A stretch of DNA of 60,935 nt from a virus (IMGVR_UViG_3300018420_000018:1-60935), one strand, 5' to 3'; shown: positions 48,879-58,603, counted from the first letter of the stretch. Notes: generated from the letters alone by a model not told the origin. Numbers and translations are program-made.

Positions 48879-50278
48879 GTTTGTCCTGCTATTGTTATTT
48901 CTTTCACTAATTCGGTAGTGTCAATATCTCCCTTAATTACTCTACTTTCTTTTGAACATTCTAGATTTGTAGTCCCTGATTTTGTAATTGCATTTATATG
49001 TGTTGCAAGAGACATAATTAAATAAGTTGAATCTTCAACTAGTTTTGACTTTGATTCACCAACAGACACTTGTCCTAATGGTAATGCAAATTGTATTTTT
49101 TGTCCTACCTGAATTTCTGTTTGTAAAGGAACTATTACTTCTATAAGATTTTGTTGTAATACACCCATTAATGAATGTCTTTCTAAACGACTGTTATCTT
49201 TATTTTTAACACCTTCGATTGATTCGTTATCTGTTAATTTCTTAGAATTACTAAATGCGTGAGTTGTTGTGTAATCATTTAAAATAGTTGTATTAAATTT
49301 TCTCTTTGTAAAAGGTTTTTCTCCATAACGACCTGTATCTTCATCTGAAGAAACAAGAGGTTTAATTACAGAACCCTTAGTTTCTGAGTCTGCAGTACTT
49401 TCACTCACTTCATTTCTTCTATTTGCAGTATCTTTAATATCATAAACATTTATCTCTTCTATCTTTCTTATAGGGTCGTAGACTTTTAACATAGAAGAAT
49501 ACGTACCAGTGGAGACACCATGTAATGTGTCAAACTCTTGTGGTTTTGTAATTTGTAAAATTGTACGATTTTTTTCTTCTTCAGATAAATTAGTGTTATT
49601 AATTTTTGGTGTGTGACTGAACACATGTGGATATGTTTCTCTTATCATAGTATTGATAGATTTAAAATGATACCCTCCATCTAAAGTTTGATATAAAAAC
49701 ATAGAATTTTTATAACTATCTTTATTTACAGGACTTGCATTATTTACTATCCAATCAAGTGTTTTATTGATAGACCAATTTGGAACTATAAACTGATTTT
49801 TATCACCTTCAGTTTCCTCTATGTTTTGTACTTCTTCAGATATTTCTAAATCTGTAAATAGAGATTCAATCATATCTTTATGTGAACCTCTAAGAGTTTT
49901 ACTTATTCTTTCTTCTTTACTTCTAAATGCATTTGAATCGCAGAAGTGTATATTATATAGCTGTAGTATTTCGTCTGCCTTTACTATTTCTGAAATTTTA
50001 TAAATTCTAAACTTTCTATCTATTACTTCTGAATTATAAGGTAATTTGTATCTTACTTTAATAATTTCTTGACCAATTAAAGAAAGGTTCTTAATTAAAT
50101 TTCTTCCGTCAATCACTGATATATATCCAGTAGTATATTTACTGTATATACTTTCATACAAAGATAGACTATTTGCAAGAGGTAAAATATCTATTTTATC
50201 TTCTTCTTGATTTTGATACTGTATCGAAATCTCTTCTAAAACGACTTTACCATATTCTTGATGGTTTACTGTTTCCAT
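48875..50278 (-). CDS. Baseplate hub protein, gp27-like
   Basis: Position between gp53 and gp5; YESI....TG.I...D, LIGQE, FLYQT..GYHFKSI. Confidence 0.65.
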   Translation of the reverse strand: METVNHQEYGKVVLEEISIQYQNQEEDKIDILPLANSLSLYESIYSKYTTGYISVIDGRNLIKNLSLIGQEIIKVRYKLPYNSEVIDRKFRIYKISEIVKADEILQLYNIHFCDSNAFRSKEERISKTLRGSHKDMIESLFTDLEISEEVQNIEETEGDKNQFIVPNWSINKTLDWIVNNASPVNKDSYKNSMFLYQTLDGGYHFKSINTMIRETYPHVFSHTPKINNTNLSEEEKNRTILQITKPQEFDTLHGVSTGTYSSMLKVYDPIRKIEEINVYDIKDTANRRNEVSESTADSETKGSVIKPLVSSDEDTGRYGEKPFTKRKFNTTILNDYTTTHAFSNSKKLTDNESIEGVKNKDNSRLERHSLMGVLQQNLIEVIVPLQTEIQVGQKIQFALPLGQVSVGESKSKLVEDSTYLIMSLATHINAITKSGTTNLECSKESRVIKGDIDTTELVKEITIAGQT

Positions 50279-50279
50279 A

Positions 50280-51017
50280 TTAAATTGACATTAATTTTTC
50301 AAATTCTGTAATGACTCTTGATATTGAACTTGGTTTTATAATTTTTATTTTTCGTTTTTCTTCGTTTAGGTCAAACTCTCTTTGCCACAACGATACACTT
50401 GAATATCCACTAGTTGGTACATTAGTTTTCATACCCTCTGAGTTTTCATAATGTGATATAACGTCTCTAGGTTCTATAACACTTACGATTTGAGAAGATT
50501 TATTTTTACCCACTAATGTCTCACCACTTTCCCATAGACTACTTTCAACTCTTACTCTTTTATTTAAAGGGTCAACCTCTAAGATATGTCCAGTCCCTTT
50601 TAGTGTTGTGACTTTTTCACCTAATAGGTATTTTCGTGTGTTGAGTAGATTCCCTTGATTATCAAAGTTTGGATATTGAACAACATCTTCTCTGTTTGCA
50701 AAGGTTAAGTATTGACCTTTGTAAAACGAATCAATATGATTTTCAAATTCTTCTGAACTTAGATACCAATCATAATAATTTTCCATATCATTTACTAAGA
50801 AAAGAACCCAGTGTAAATCACCGTCACCATATAATTTAGTTGCAACTACATCAGGTCTATCACCTTCAGATAATTCATAATATTCATAATCTACAACACT
50901 AGACATACTAAATGAGGATATCTTTGCTTTTCTAAAAAAGTCCTTTATAGTGACTAACTTACCATTAGATAATCTATATGGAATAGTAGGAAAATTTTCA
51001 TATAACTTATTTGACAT
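50280..51017 (-). CDS. gp53: Baseplate wedge protein
   Basis: EGDRPD.VA..LYGD..LHWV...N, E..LNEEKRKIKIIKP. Confidence 0.9.
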   Translation of the reverse strand: MSNKLYENFPTIPYRLSNGKLVTIKDFFRKAKISSFSMSSVVDYEYYELSEGDRPDVVATKLYGDGDLHWVLFLVNDMENYYDWYLSSEEFENHIDSFYKGQYLTFANREDVVQYPNFDNQGNLLNTRKYLLGEKVTTLKGTGHILEVDPLNKRVRVESSLWESGETLVGKNKSSQIVSVIEPRDVISHYENSEGMKTNVPTSGYSSVSLWQREFDLNEEKRKIKIIKPSSISRVITEFEKLMSI

Positions 51018-52168
51018 TAGTCACCTCCTCCCTCAAAATCTAAACTCCCATCTTCACTGACTGGTGTACCTTCTGTAAAATAATCTGCTTCTCTACCGTC
51101 TGTTATCGCACCACCCTGTTTTATAGTTTTCTTTGCATTCAAGTCAACACCAAATTCTTTATTGGTAAGTTGATATTGTTCTTGAGTCATAACTACATTT
51201 TCTTGGAAACTTAAAGTCATGTCTATAATTAAAGGAGTTCCATCATCAAATGTTTCTATTTTACTACCACCGTTATATGTGACATTACATGCAGTTAAAA
51301 AAGAAGGTAAAAATCCGTCTATCTTGTCACTTATAGGCCCGACATATTCAATCTCAAATAAATTCGGAGTGTTAAAATAGTTTTCTGAAAATTCTTCCGA
51401 AGCAGCACCTAACCCTCCTGATTCTTTTGAAATGTTAAATGTGTCTGGCAACATTGCAGTTTTAAGTGTGTATATTATTTCTCTTACAACATTTGACTCC
51501 TCTACACTATTTGGTCTAAACTGGAACTGCATATCAAAAGTTCTGAATGTCATACCATCAAACATTATTTCTAATTGAGGGTTAAATGCTCTTGCATTCG
51601 CAAAATCTCTAGTTTGAAATTGTAGTGCATTAGAAGCTCTAACAAATGCTTCGTTTATTTCAGCACCTAGACCAGCTGCCATATCTCTACTAATGAATTT
51701 TTCAGAATTTAATAGTGCCCTTGAAAAATTACCAAATTCTACATTTTTATAATTAACGTTTGGTGCATTATTTTGAACGTTAGGTGCATACATGTAGATA
51801 TGAGTATCAGAACCACTTAATGCATTTTTACCAGTGTCACCATTTCTTGTTTGTCTCTTTTTTATTATAAAATGAATATAATTATCGACCTTATAGTCTC
51901 TTGGATAAACTAATTCCTTCCCAACAACATCTTCGGGTGGTTTTCTTTTTGATTCTTTTCTAGATAATGCAGTAATGTTTGAACTACCCTCTTTAAGTGC
52001 TTTAGCTCTTGTTGCAAGATTAGTTTGGTATTCTAATGAATCTTGTTCAAACTTACTAACGTCTGACTGATATCCTGTTCCAAAAATCTTACTTGAGATT
52101 CCTTTTACAGATTTGATTGCAGTTGTTGCTTGATTGATTTTTGATAATAATTTGTTTACAGATGACAT
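51017..52168 (-). CDS. gp48: Baseplate tail-tube cap
   Basis: NPQLEIMF.G..FRTF...F.F.P....ES, P..F.I.Y, V.Y, P....MTLSFQE. Confidence 0.85.
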   Translation of the reverse strand: MSSVNKLLSKINQATTAIKSVKGISSKIFGTGYQSDVSKFEQDSLEYQTNLATRAKALKEGSSNITALSRKESKRKPPEDVVGKELVYPRDYKVDNYIHFIIKKRQTRNGDTGKNALSGSDTHIYMYAPNVQNNAPNVNYKNVEFGNFSRALLNSEKFISRDMAAGLGAEINEAFVRASNALQFQTRDFANARAFNPQLEIMFDGMTFRTFDMQFQFRPNSVEESNVVREIIYTLKTAMLPDTFNISKESGGLGAASEEFSENYFNTPNLFEIEYVGPISDKIDGFLPSFLTACNVTYNGGSKIETFDDGTPLIIDMTLSFQENVVMTQEQYQLTNKEFGVDLNAKKTIKQGGAITDGREADYFTEGTPVSEDGSLDFEGGGD

Positions 52169-52169
52169 G

Positions 52170-52177
52170 TATAAATA
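52170..52177 (+). promoter_or_regulatory. Late promoter for the divergent gp4 block
   Basis: Exact TATAAATA about 29 nt before ATG 52207. Confidence 0.7.
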
Positions 52178-52206
52178 CCTTTAAATTACTTATTTATTAT
52201 CTATTT

Positions 52207-52638
52207 ATGTCATACAGTGGTAAGTTCAAACCGAAGAACTATAAAAAATATAAAGGTGACCCAACTAAAATCTTTTACCGTTCATTATGGGAAAGAAGGT
52301 TTATGGTTTATTGTGATAATAATCCCAACATTATTGAATGGGGTTCTGAAGAACTTATCATACCTTACATATCTCCACTCGATAAAAAACCACATAGATA
52401 CTTCCCTGACTTCTATATCAAGTATGTCAATGGTAAAGGACAAACGGTAAGAGAAGTAATTGAAGTCAAACCAAAGAAACAACTCAAACCCCCCAAAGAA
52501 CCCAAAAGAAGAACTAAACGATATCTCGGTGAAGTGCAAACATACATGATAAACCAAGCAAAGTTCAGAGCCGCAGAAGAGTTCTGTAAAGATAGGAGAT
52601 TAAAATTCAGAATATTGACTGAAGACCACCTAACATAA
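52207..52638 (+). CDS. gp4: Head completion nuclease; start MSYSGKF
   Basis: KYKGDPT.I.YRSLWE..FM..CD, W.SEE..IPY, HRYFPDF, IEVKP. Confidence 0.93.
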   Translation: MSYSGKFKPKNYKKYKGDPTKIFYRSLWERRFMVYCDNNPNIIEWGSEELIIPYISPLDKKPHRYFPDFYIKYVNGKGQTVREVIEVKPKKQLKPPKEPKRRTKRYLGEVQTYMINQAKFRAAEEFCKDRRLKFRILTEDHLT

Positions 52639-52646
52639 TATAAATA
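52639..52646 (+). promoter_or_regulatory. Late promoter 5 nt before gp2 ATG
   Basis: TATAAATA-GTATT-ATG. Confidence 0.75.
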
Positions 52647-52651
52647 GTATT

Positions 52652-53251
52652 ATGGTTAATCTAGTCACACGTTTTTCTAAAATGTCTCCTGAAGAGATTG
52701 AAAGAAATACAAAGGAGTCATTTAATTGGTTTAGACGTGCAATAGGTTCCATGACGGTTTCTGATAGACAAAGAGGACTCATAGAAGACACTTACGCAAA
52801 CAAACCAAAACCACTTATAGGTGGTATGTTTATGTTTCAGTATGTTGCAAAATGGAAAAATATTTTACCATACTACGATAGGTTTCCATTAGTAATTCCA
52901 TTTCAATTTACAAGAGATGGATTCTATGGTTTGAATTTACACTATATTCACCCTATGAGAAGAGTTGAATTATTGTCTGAGTTGTTGAGATACGCAAGAG
53001 ACTATGATGGACAAGATGATGTTGATACTAGAATACAAATGAGTTATCAACTGATTAAGAAATCGTCTAGATTAAAATGGGCTAGACCATGTATCAAAAG
53101 ATACTTAACTACTGAAATACAAAGTAGTATAAAAGAAGTTCCATATGATGATTGGGATGTAATAAGTTTACTTCCAACATATAATTTTACAAATAAAACA
53201 AATGCAAATACCGTCTACAGAGATAGTAGACTAAAAGTAGAGAGTTATTAA
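52652..53251 (+). CDS. gp2: DNA end protector protein
   Basis: LPYYDRFPLV, GFYGLNLHY....R, PCIKRYL. Confidence 0.92.
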   Translation: MVNLVTRFSKMSPEEIERNTKESFNWFRRAIGSMTVSDRQRGLIEDTYANKPKPLIGGMFMFQYVAKWKNILPYYDRFPLVIPFQFTRDGFYGLNLHYIHPMRRVELLSELLRYARDYDGQDDVDTRIQMSYQLIKKSSRLKWARPCIKRYLTTEIQSSIKEVPYDDWDVISLLPTYNFTNKTNANTVYRDSRLKVESY

Positions 53252-53252
53252 T

Positions 53253-54263
53253 ATGTCCTTTAAAAAATACGATTTCTCACTTCCGAAACAAACTCAAGCC
53301 TTTCTTGATACATTAAATGTAGGAAAAGATATAAAAGTTCCAACTGTTGATAATTATCTAGAAAATTCTAAGGACACTGGAAGTGAACCTTGGAATGATG
53401 AGGAGTGGAGAAAGGAACTTGCAGATACTGTTGCTGAAGGACGTAGAGAAAATTTTTCTGTAGATAAACTGATTGCAAATCTCAGTGCTCCTGCAATGTC
53501 TAATCAGTTTGAGGTGGATTTCTTCCACCCCCTATCATTAGTTAAATTGGAAGGTGTAAGATGTAGAAATGCATCACTACCATCTAGAACAATTGACGTT
53601 GATGGATATTCTCCAATGGGTAAAACTAGAATGATGCCGACTGGTTCTGTAAATGACTTACACCAAATGGAGATATCATTCTACTGTGATACAGATTTTT
53701 TAGATAGACGAATATTACAATTTTGGATGGACGATATTACAAATACCGATACTACTCTTAAACAGTCAACAGATTCTGTAGAAACAAGTTCTAAACCATT
53801 ATTTAAATATCCTGACCAATATGCAGGAACTGTACTCATAAGACATTTAAGAAGAGATGCAAAAAGAAGTGGTGGTAAGGCAAGTATTACAGTAGAAAAT
53901 ACATTACATAATGCATTCCCAGTTTCAATTAATCAACAATCTCTGTCTATGGATAGTTCTGACATGTTATTGTTTACAGTCACAATTGCATATCAACATT
54001 TTACAACAAAGTATAGTCAAGGAAATGCAGTAGGAAGTTTATCACAATTACATAACGTATACAATGGTAAAAATAAAGTATCTCCTGCAGGACTAAATAG
54101 TGGGAGAAGATTTTTTGATGGTATTCAAGATGCACTTGGACTCGCAGCTAGATTTGGTGACGATGGTGCAGAAAAATATCTTAAGAAATTCAATAAATAT
54201 GATACACAAGTAAGTAGACTAAAAAACTCTTTGAGAGATTTTAGTAGTTTATTTGGTGGTTAA
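53253..54263 (+). CDS. Tail tube initiator, gp54/gp19-like
   Basis: N.FEV, C.NASLP.R.I, I.FYCD, W...I, Y.GTV.I, AFP.SI, F.VT.AY tube-fold motifs. Confidence 0.7.
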   Translation: MSFKKYDFSLPKQTQAFLDTLNVGKDIKVPTVDNYLENSKDTGSEPWNDEEWRKELADTVAEGRRENFSVDKLIANLSAPAMSNQFEVDFFHPLSLVKLEGVRCRNASLPSRTIDVDGYSPMGKTRMMPTGSVNDLHQMEISFYCDTDFLDRRILQFWMDDITNTDTTLKQSTDSVETSSKPLFKYPDQYAGTVLIRHLRRDAKRSGGKASITVENTLHNAFPVSINQQSLSMDSSDMLLFTVTIAYQHFTTKYSQGNAVGSLSQLHNVYNGKNKVSPAGLNSGRRFFDGIQDALGLAARFGDDGAEKYLKKFNKYDTQVSRLKNSLRDFSSLFGG

Positions 54264-54281
54264 TAAAATATGGAGTAAATT

Positions 54282-54983
54282 ATGGGATTACCAATCCAAA
54301 CTGCACCAACATATGTGTGCAATTTAAGTGATGGGAGAGAGGTAAAATATAGACCTTTCTTAGTTAAAGAACAAAAGTATCTTTTAATTGCAAAAGAAAG
54401 TGAGAGTTCAGTAGATATTGCAAATGCACTTATCCAACTGATAGATAGCACAACTTTCGGTAAAGTTGATGCAAAAAAACTTCCTTTATTTGATATAGAA
54501 TATTTGTTTTTACAAATAAGAACTAAATCAGTTGGAGAAACTACAAAGGTTAGATACTTATGTGAAGTGACTGATTGTGAAGGTAGTGGAGAAGCAACTA
54601 TAGATTTAAATAGTGTTGAACTCACAAAAAATGATAGTGACAATAAGTTAATGTTAACTGATACATTAGGTGTAATATTAGATTACCCAAGTATAAGTGA
54701 ATTATCTAAAATCGAAGAGATTGAAGATGCACAAGACCGTTTAATTGCAACTATAATGTATGGATTAAATACAATTTTCGATGAAAACGAAGTGTATGAA
54801 TCTAAAGATATCAAAGATTCTGATTTAAAAGAGTTTGTTGAAAGTCTAACACTAGAACAATTAGATAAAATAGAAAGATATTACATTAACACACCGTCAT
54901 TAGAAAAAACGATAGAGTATTCATGCGAAGTGTGTGGAACTCAACAAGAAAGAATTTTAAGGGGTCTAAACTCTTTTTTTTAG
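54282..54983 (+). CDS. gp26: Baseplate hub assembly chaperone
   Basis: LP....PTY, YRPFLVKEQK.LL.A.E, FDIEYLFLQIR.KSVGE, Cys pairs, ends GL.SFF. Confidence 0.9.
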   Translation: MGLPIQTAPTYVCNLSDGREVKYRPFLVKEQKYLLIAKESESSVDIANALIQLIDSTTFGKVDAKKLPLFDIEYLFLQIRTKSVGETTKVRYLCEVTDCEGSGEATIDLNSVELTKNDSDNKLMLTDTLGVILDYPSISELSKIEEIEDAQDRLIATIMYGLNTIFDENEVYESKDIKDSDLKEFVESLTLEQLDKIERYYINTPSLEKTIEYSCEVCGTQQERILRGLNSFF

Positions 54984-55165
54984 TAGCTCTTTCTCATGAA
55001 AGTTTAGTTGGTTATTATCAATCTAACTTTCAGTTAATGCAGGAACACAAGTACTCATTAACAGAATTGGAAGATATGATGCCATGGGAGAGAGAGATAT
55101 ATGTTCAACTCTTAGTACAACACTTAGAGGAAGAAAGAGAAAGGATTAGACAACAGAATAGTTAA
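54974..55165 (+). CDS. gp51: gp51-like hub assembly protein, probably entered by -1 frameshift from gp26
   Basis: YY..NF.LMQ.HKYSL.ELE.M.PWEREIY..LL motif; conserved part starts right after a T8 run. Confidence 0.75.
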   Translation, partial: FFLVALSHESLVGYYQSNFQLMQEHKYSLTELEDMMPWEREIYVQLLVQHLEEERERIRQQNS

Positions 55166-55209
55166 CTTTCGTTATGTTTACGTGATTCATAATATAGAGG
55201 ACACAAATT

Positions 55210-55599
55210 ATGAGTGATGAAAAGAAAGTAAGTACTGGTAATGTCGAGATAGACGTTGCAAAGTATACAGAAATGGTCTTGAAGTTAGACGAAGCTCAAG
55301 ACAAAATTAAAGAGATGGAGAAGTTATCTAAGGAATTGCAGATTGCAACTGCAGCTGCAAAACCTAAAGAGAAGTTTTCTATAGGTTCGTTGTTTAGAGA
55401 TGAAAATGATATCAATGAGAAATCAATTATCGGTTTTATTTCATTCTTTTTAATGGTAGTGTTCGGAGTGTGTGATTTAATCACTGCATTTTGGGGACAA
55501 GACCTACTAATATCTGATACAATTTACACTTCATTTGTCGTAGTGACACTTGGTGCATTCGGTATATCAGAAGCTGGTAAAGCATTCGGTAAACAATAA
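55210..55599 (+). CDS. Membrane protein: N-terminal coiled coil plus two TM helices
   Basis: IIGFISFFLMVVFGV and IYTSFVVVTLGAFGI segments; GAGGA SD. Confidence 0.7.
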   Translation: MSDEKKVSTGNVEIDVAKYTEMVLKLDEAQDKIKEMEKLSKELQIATAAAKPKEKFSIGSLFRDENDINEKSIIGFISFFLMVVFGVCDLITAFWGQDLLISDTIYTSFVVVTLGAFGISEAGKAFGKQ

Positions 55600-55607
55600 G
55601 GTAAAAT

Positions 55608-58007
55608 ATGGCAGACGATAGCATATATCTTCAACAAAGACAAAAAGAACAAGAGATTCTTAAGACAACTGAACAATTCAGTAAGAAATTTAAGAATGTC
55701 ATAGGTAATTTACAAGAAGTAAACACCCCTCTTGCAAAAACTATTGCAGATTTGAGGGAAACTACCAAAGGTTCTTTTAAAGCAGCTGCGAATGCCAAAG
55801 AATTACAACAATTTACCACAAAAATTGCAAAAGCAACTTCCGATAGTGCAGATACAACCACTAAATCATATCAAAAACTATCAGAAGGGTTAGATAGACT
55901 CAGTGGAACTAGTGGTTTTCTCGACCAACTCAAGCTTGCACAAGATAATTACAGTCTTAATCAATCAAAAGTGATGCAACTTGAACAAGATATCGCAGAT
56001 ACAGAGTTTAAAAACCGTAAATCAATTCAAGACTTCAGAGATAAGATTGCAAAATTAGAATTAGACCGTATTCGTGCAGAAGGTTTAGGTCAAGAAGAGA
56101 ATCTTAAAAAGATTACTACAGAAAAAGAGAAACAAGAGAAAGCACTTACCAAATTTGAAACTCAAATCTTTGATACAAAGAGAGAAGAACTTGAAATTCA
56201 AAAAAATCTTTTAGATACTTCTAAATCTAACCTAGAAAAACTCAACGAAACAGTAGACAAACAAGCAAAAGAGATAGCAGACCAAGATACTAAGTTCACT
56301 ATGTTCGGTCAAGGACTAAAAGAACTTACTGGTTTTGATTTGTTAGGAACACTTGACACTGTAGTTGATAAAGTAGATGCAGTTGGTAAGATATTTGGTA
56401 ATAAAGATTTATCGGGAACGATTGCAAGTGCATTTTCTTTTGGTGGAAATGACGATGTCATACCTTCAATCGCAGGTGAATCTCAAGAAATAGACCCTGC
56501 AATTAAAATTGCAAAGAAAGAACTAAAAGAAACTGAAGAGATGGGTGATGATGTCGGTGATATAAAAAGATTATTACAGGCGGGTTTTGCAAAAGATAGA
56601 GTAGTTCCTAATAATGAAGGAGGTGGGTTTGGTTTTAACTTTATTGGAGGAGACATATTAAAGAAAATAGGTGGACTCACAATTGGTGGTTATACCTTAA
56701 AACAAATTTTTAGTAAAGATAGTGCTAAAAAAGGTGGTAAAGGACTTTTAGGTGCTGTTATTGCAACTGCAGTTATTTCTGCATTGAACGATAGTTTTAA
56801 AGACCTTGGTGATATGGGTAATAGAGGAACAGACGACCCAGCAGTCGACCCTGATTCAACTGGTGCAAATACAACAACAAATGTAGGTTCATATTTAGGT
56901 GCTCAAGAAAAGACCACTTCTAAATTTAATAAAATTGATGCTTTAGCGAAAGTTGAAGAATTAAGATTTAAGGATGATGGAACACTTGATAGAAGAACTG
57001 GAGGATATAAGGACTTAGTAAAAGGACTAAAAACTGCAGAAAATCCACCAAAATATATGAGGAATAAACAAGTACCAAATAAAAGATTATTACAAGAACT
57101 CTATAAAATCACTGGAACAAAAAATTTAGATGATTTACTAGATAGTCCAAAACTTAATGCTACTAATATAGAAAAAGCATTTGCAAGAGCTCCAAGAAGT
57201 GCATTAGCACTTTCATTAAAACTAGATAAAGCTTTAAAAGCAGCTCCTGCAATAACTGGTGTTGTAGATGGAGTCTTAGACTTAAATGCCCAAAAAGACC
57301 AACAATCTTTTATCAGTAGTGTATTCGATATTGATACTATGGATGGTGAAACAACATTTGATGAAGAGACAACTAAATTAATAAACGATGTTTTTACAAA
57401 AAATCAACAAGGTTCAGTTGGAAGAGGTATTGGTTCTACAGTAGGTGCATCTACAGGTATCTATTTAACTGGTAAAGGTATCGAAAAATCAGCAAGCTTC
57501 ATTCCAGCTGGAACTATACCATCTGCAATAGCTAAGGGTGCTACACTGATAGCTGGTATAGGAATATCATCTATAGGTGCAGCTCTTGGTGGTAATGTTG
57601 GAGATGAACTTGCAACATTTGATAAAAATGCACAAAAACTTCAAACCGAATTAGCAAATATTGCTTATCATTACCAACAAAATCCTCTTTCTGACATATA
57701 TCAAAATGATAAATTAATGCAGAAAGCAGTCGATGCTGCAGTAATGAGATATAGAAATAATGTTCCAGTTGATAATGGTCAAGGTAGTGATATTGGTGGA
57801 AAGTTGCAAGAAAATAAGAATAATGAATTAGAACAGAAACATTCAAATGATAAGTACTTAAGAAATAAAAATGGTATTATAGATAAAGAAGTTTCTTCAT
57901 TGAATAACTTTAAAAGTAATATTACAACCAATCATAATCATTACGGTAGGTCATCATTTCAAAATCCCGATGCATCTGCAAGGATTTTAGACGTTAAATA
58001 TTCTTAA
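55608..58007 (+). CDS. Probable tape measure / gp29-like protein
   Basis: 799 aa; long coiled coil then Gly/Ala-rich hydrophobic helices; follows gp26/gp51. Confidence 0.6.
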   Translation: MADDSIYLQQRQKEQEILKTTEQFSKKFKNVIGNLQEVNTPLAKTIADLRETTKGSFKAAANAKELQQFTTKIAKATSDSADTTTKSYQKLSEGLDRLSGTSGFLDQLKLAQDNYSLNQSKVMQLEQDIADTEFKNRKSIQDFRDKIAKLELDRIRAEGLGQEENLKKITTEKEKQEKALTKFETQIFDTKREELEIQKNLLDTSKSNLEKLNETVDKQAKEIADQDTKFTMFGQGLKELTGFDLLGTLDTVVDKVDAVGKIFGNKDLSGTIASAFSFGGNDDVIPSIAGESQEIDPAIKIAKKELKETEEMGDDVGDIKRLLQAGFAKDRVVPNNEGGGFGFNFIGGDILKKIGGLTIGGYTLKQIFSKDSAKKGGKGLLGAVIATAVISALNDSFKDLGDMGNRGTDDPAVDPDSTGANTTTNVGSYLGAQEKTTSKFNKIDALAKVEELRFKDDGTLDRRTGGYKDLVKGLKTAENPPKYMRNKQVPNKRLLQELYKITGTKNLDDLLDSPKLNATNIEKAFARAPRSALALSLKLDKALKAAPAITGVVDGVLDLNAQKDQQSFISSVFDIDTMDGETTFDEETTKLINDVFTKNQQGSVGRGIGSTVGASTGIYLTGKGIEKSASFIPAGTIPSAIAKGATLIAGIGISSIGAALGGNVGDELATFDKNAQKLQTELANIAYHYQQNPLSDIYQNDKLMQKAVDAAVMRYRNNVPVDNGQGSDIGGKLQENKNNELEQKHSNDKYLRNKNGIIDKEVSSLNNFKSNITTNHNHYGRSSFQNPDASARILDVKYS

Positions 58008-58188
58008 GTTTCTTACGATTGTATTTTGTTTTGTCCGAGTGGACTTGAGTTGCACCTTGACTAGGTGTCTTTTTTCTTACCTTTAATTCGGGTTCTTTCT
58101 TACCAAAGATTTTTTCCCAGTTATCTGCATAGAGTTTTTCATCAGAGTTCCTTCTCTTAGAACCCTTACCACCGTGCCAATTACTCAT
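57994..58188 (-). CDS. Small basic hypothetical protein
   Basis: HGGKGS.RR.....Y..NW.KIF motif; ATGA overlap with rpsU. Confidence 0.7.
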   Translation of the reverse strand: MSNWHGGKGSKRRNSDEKLYADNWEKIFGKKEPELKVRKKTPSQGATQVHSDKTKYNRKKLKNI

Positions 58189-58421
58189 CTTACTTTTCTA
58201 TAAGATGCAGACTGAGACCTTTTTAAATTGAGTTTCTTTCTACGTTTCAAATCTTGATTTTTTTGATTACGTGTATCGTTAGGTTTCTCATGATACTTTC
58301 TATCCCTGCACTCTTGCACGATACCTGCACGGTCACATTCCTTTTTAAAACGTCTTAACATTCTATCGAATGGTTCTTCGTTTCTAGTTTTTCTATCAAT
58401 TCTTGGTTTTACTTCTGGCAT
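58185..58421 (-). CDS. rpsU: Ribosomal protein bS21, phage encoded
   Basis: E.FDRMLRRFKK....AG...E.R.R.YHEKP followed by a basic tail. Confidence 0.9.
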   Translation of the reverse strand: MPEVKPRIDRKTRNEEPFDRMLRRFKKECDRAGIVQECRDRKYHEKPNDTRNQKNQDLKRRKKLNLKRSQSASYRKVR

Positions 58422-58439
58422 AATATTCTCTTAATAATA

Positions 58440-58592
58440 AGTGTTAAGTCGCCCCGTCACTTTACAGCATTCCCGCTCTTAACCGATACTTCCGCTTTGA
58501 CCCCAAGTACCTTTCCCTTACTGATTGACCCCATTCCTACGTCACCAGTTTGATATTGACTACACGGACACATAATGTAATATCAATATCCC
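58440..58592 (-). ncRNA. Candidate structured RNA / rpsU leader
   Basis: GC-enriched non-coding gap with four hand-folded stems and repeated GGA and TGGGGTCAA motifs. Confidence 0.4.
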
Positions 58593-58603
58593 CTCAAAAG
58601 AAA

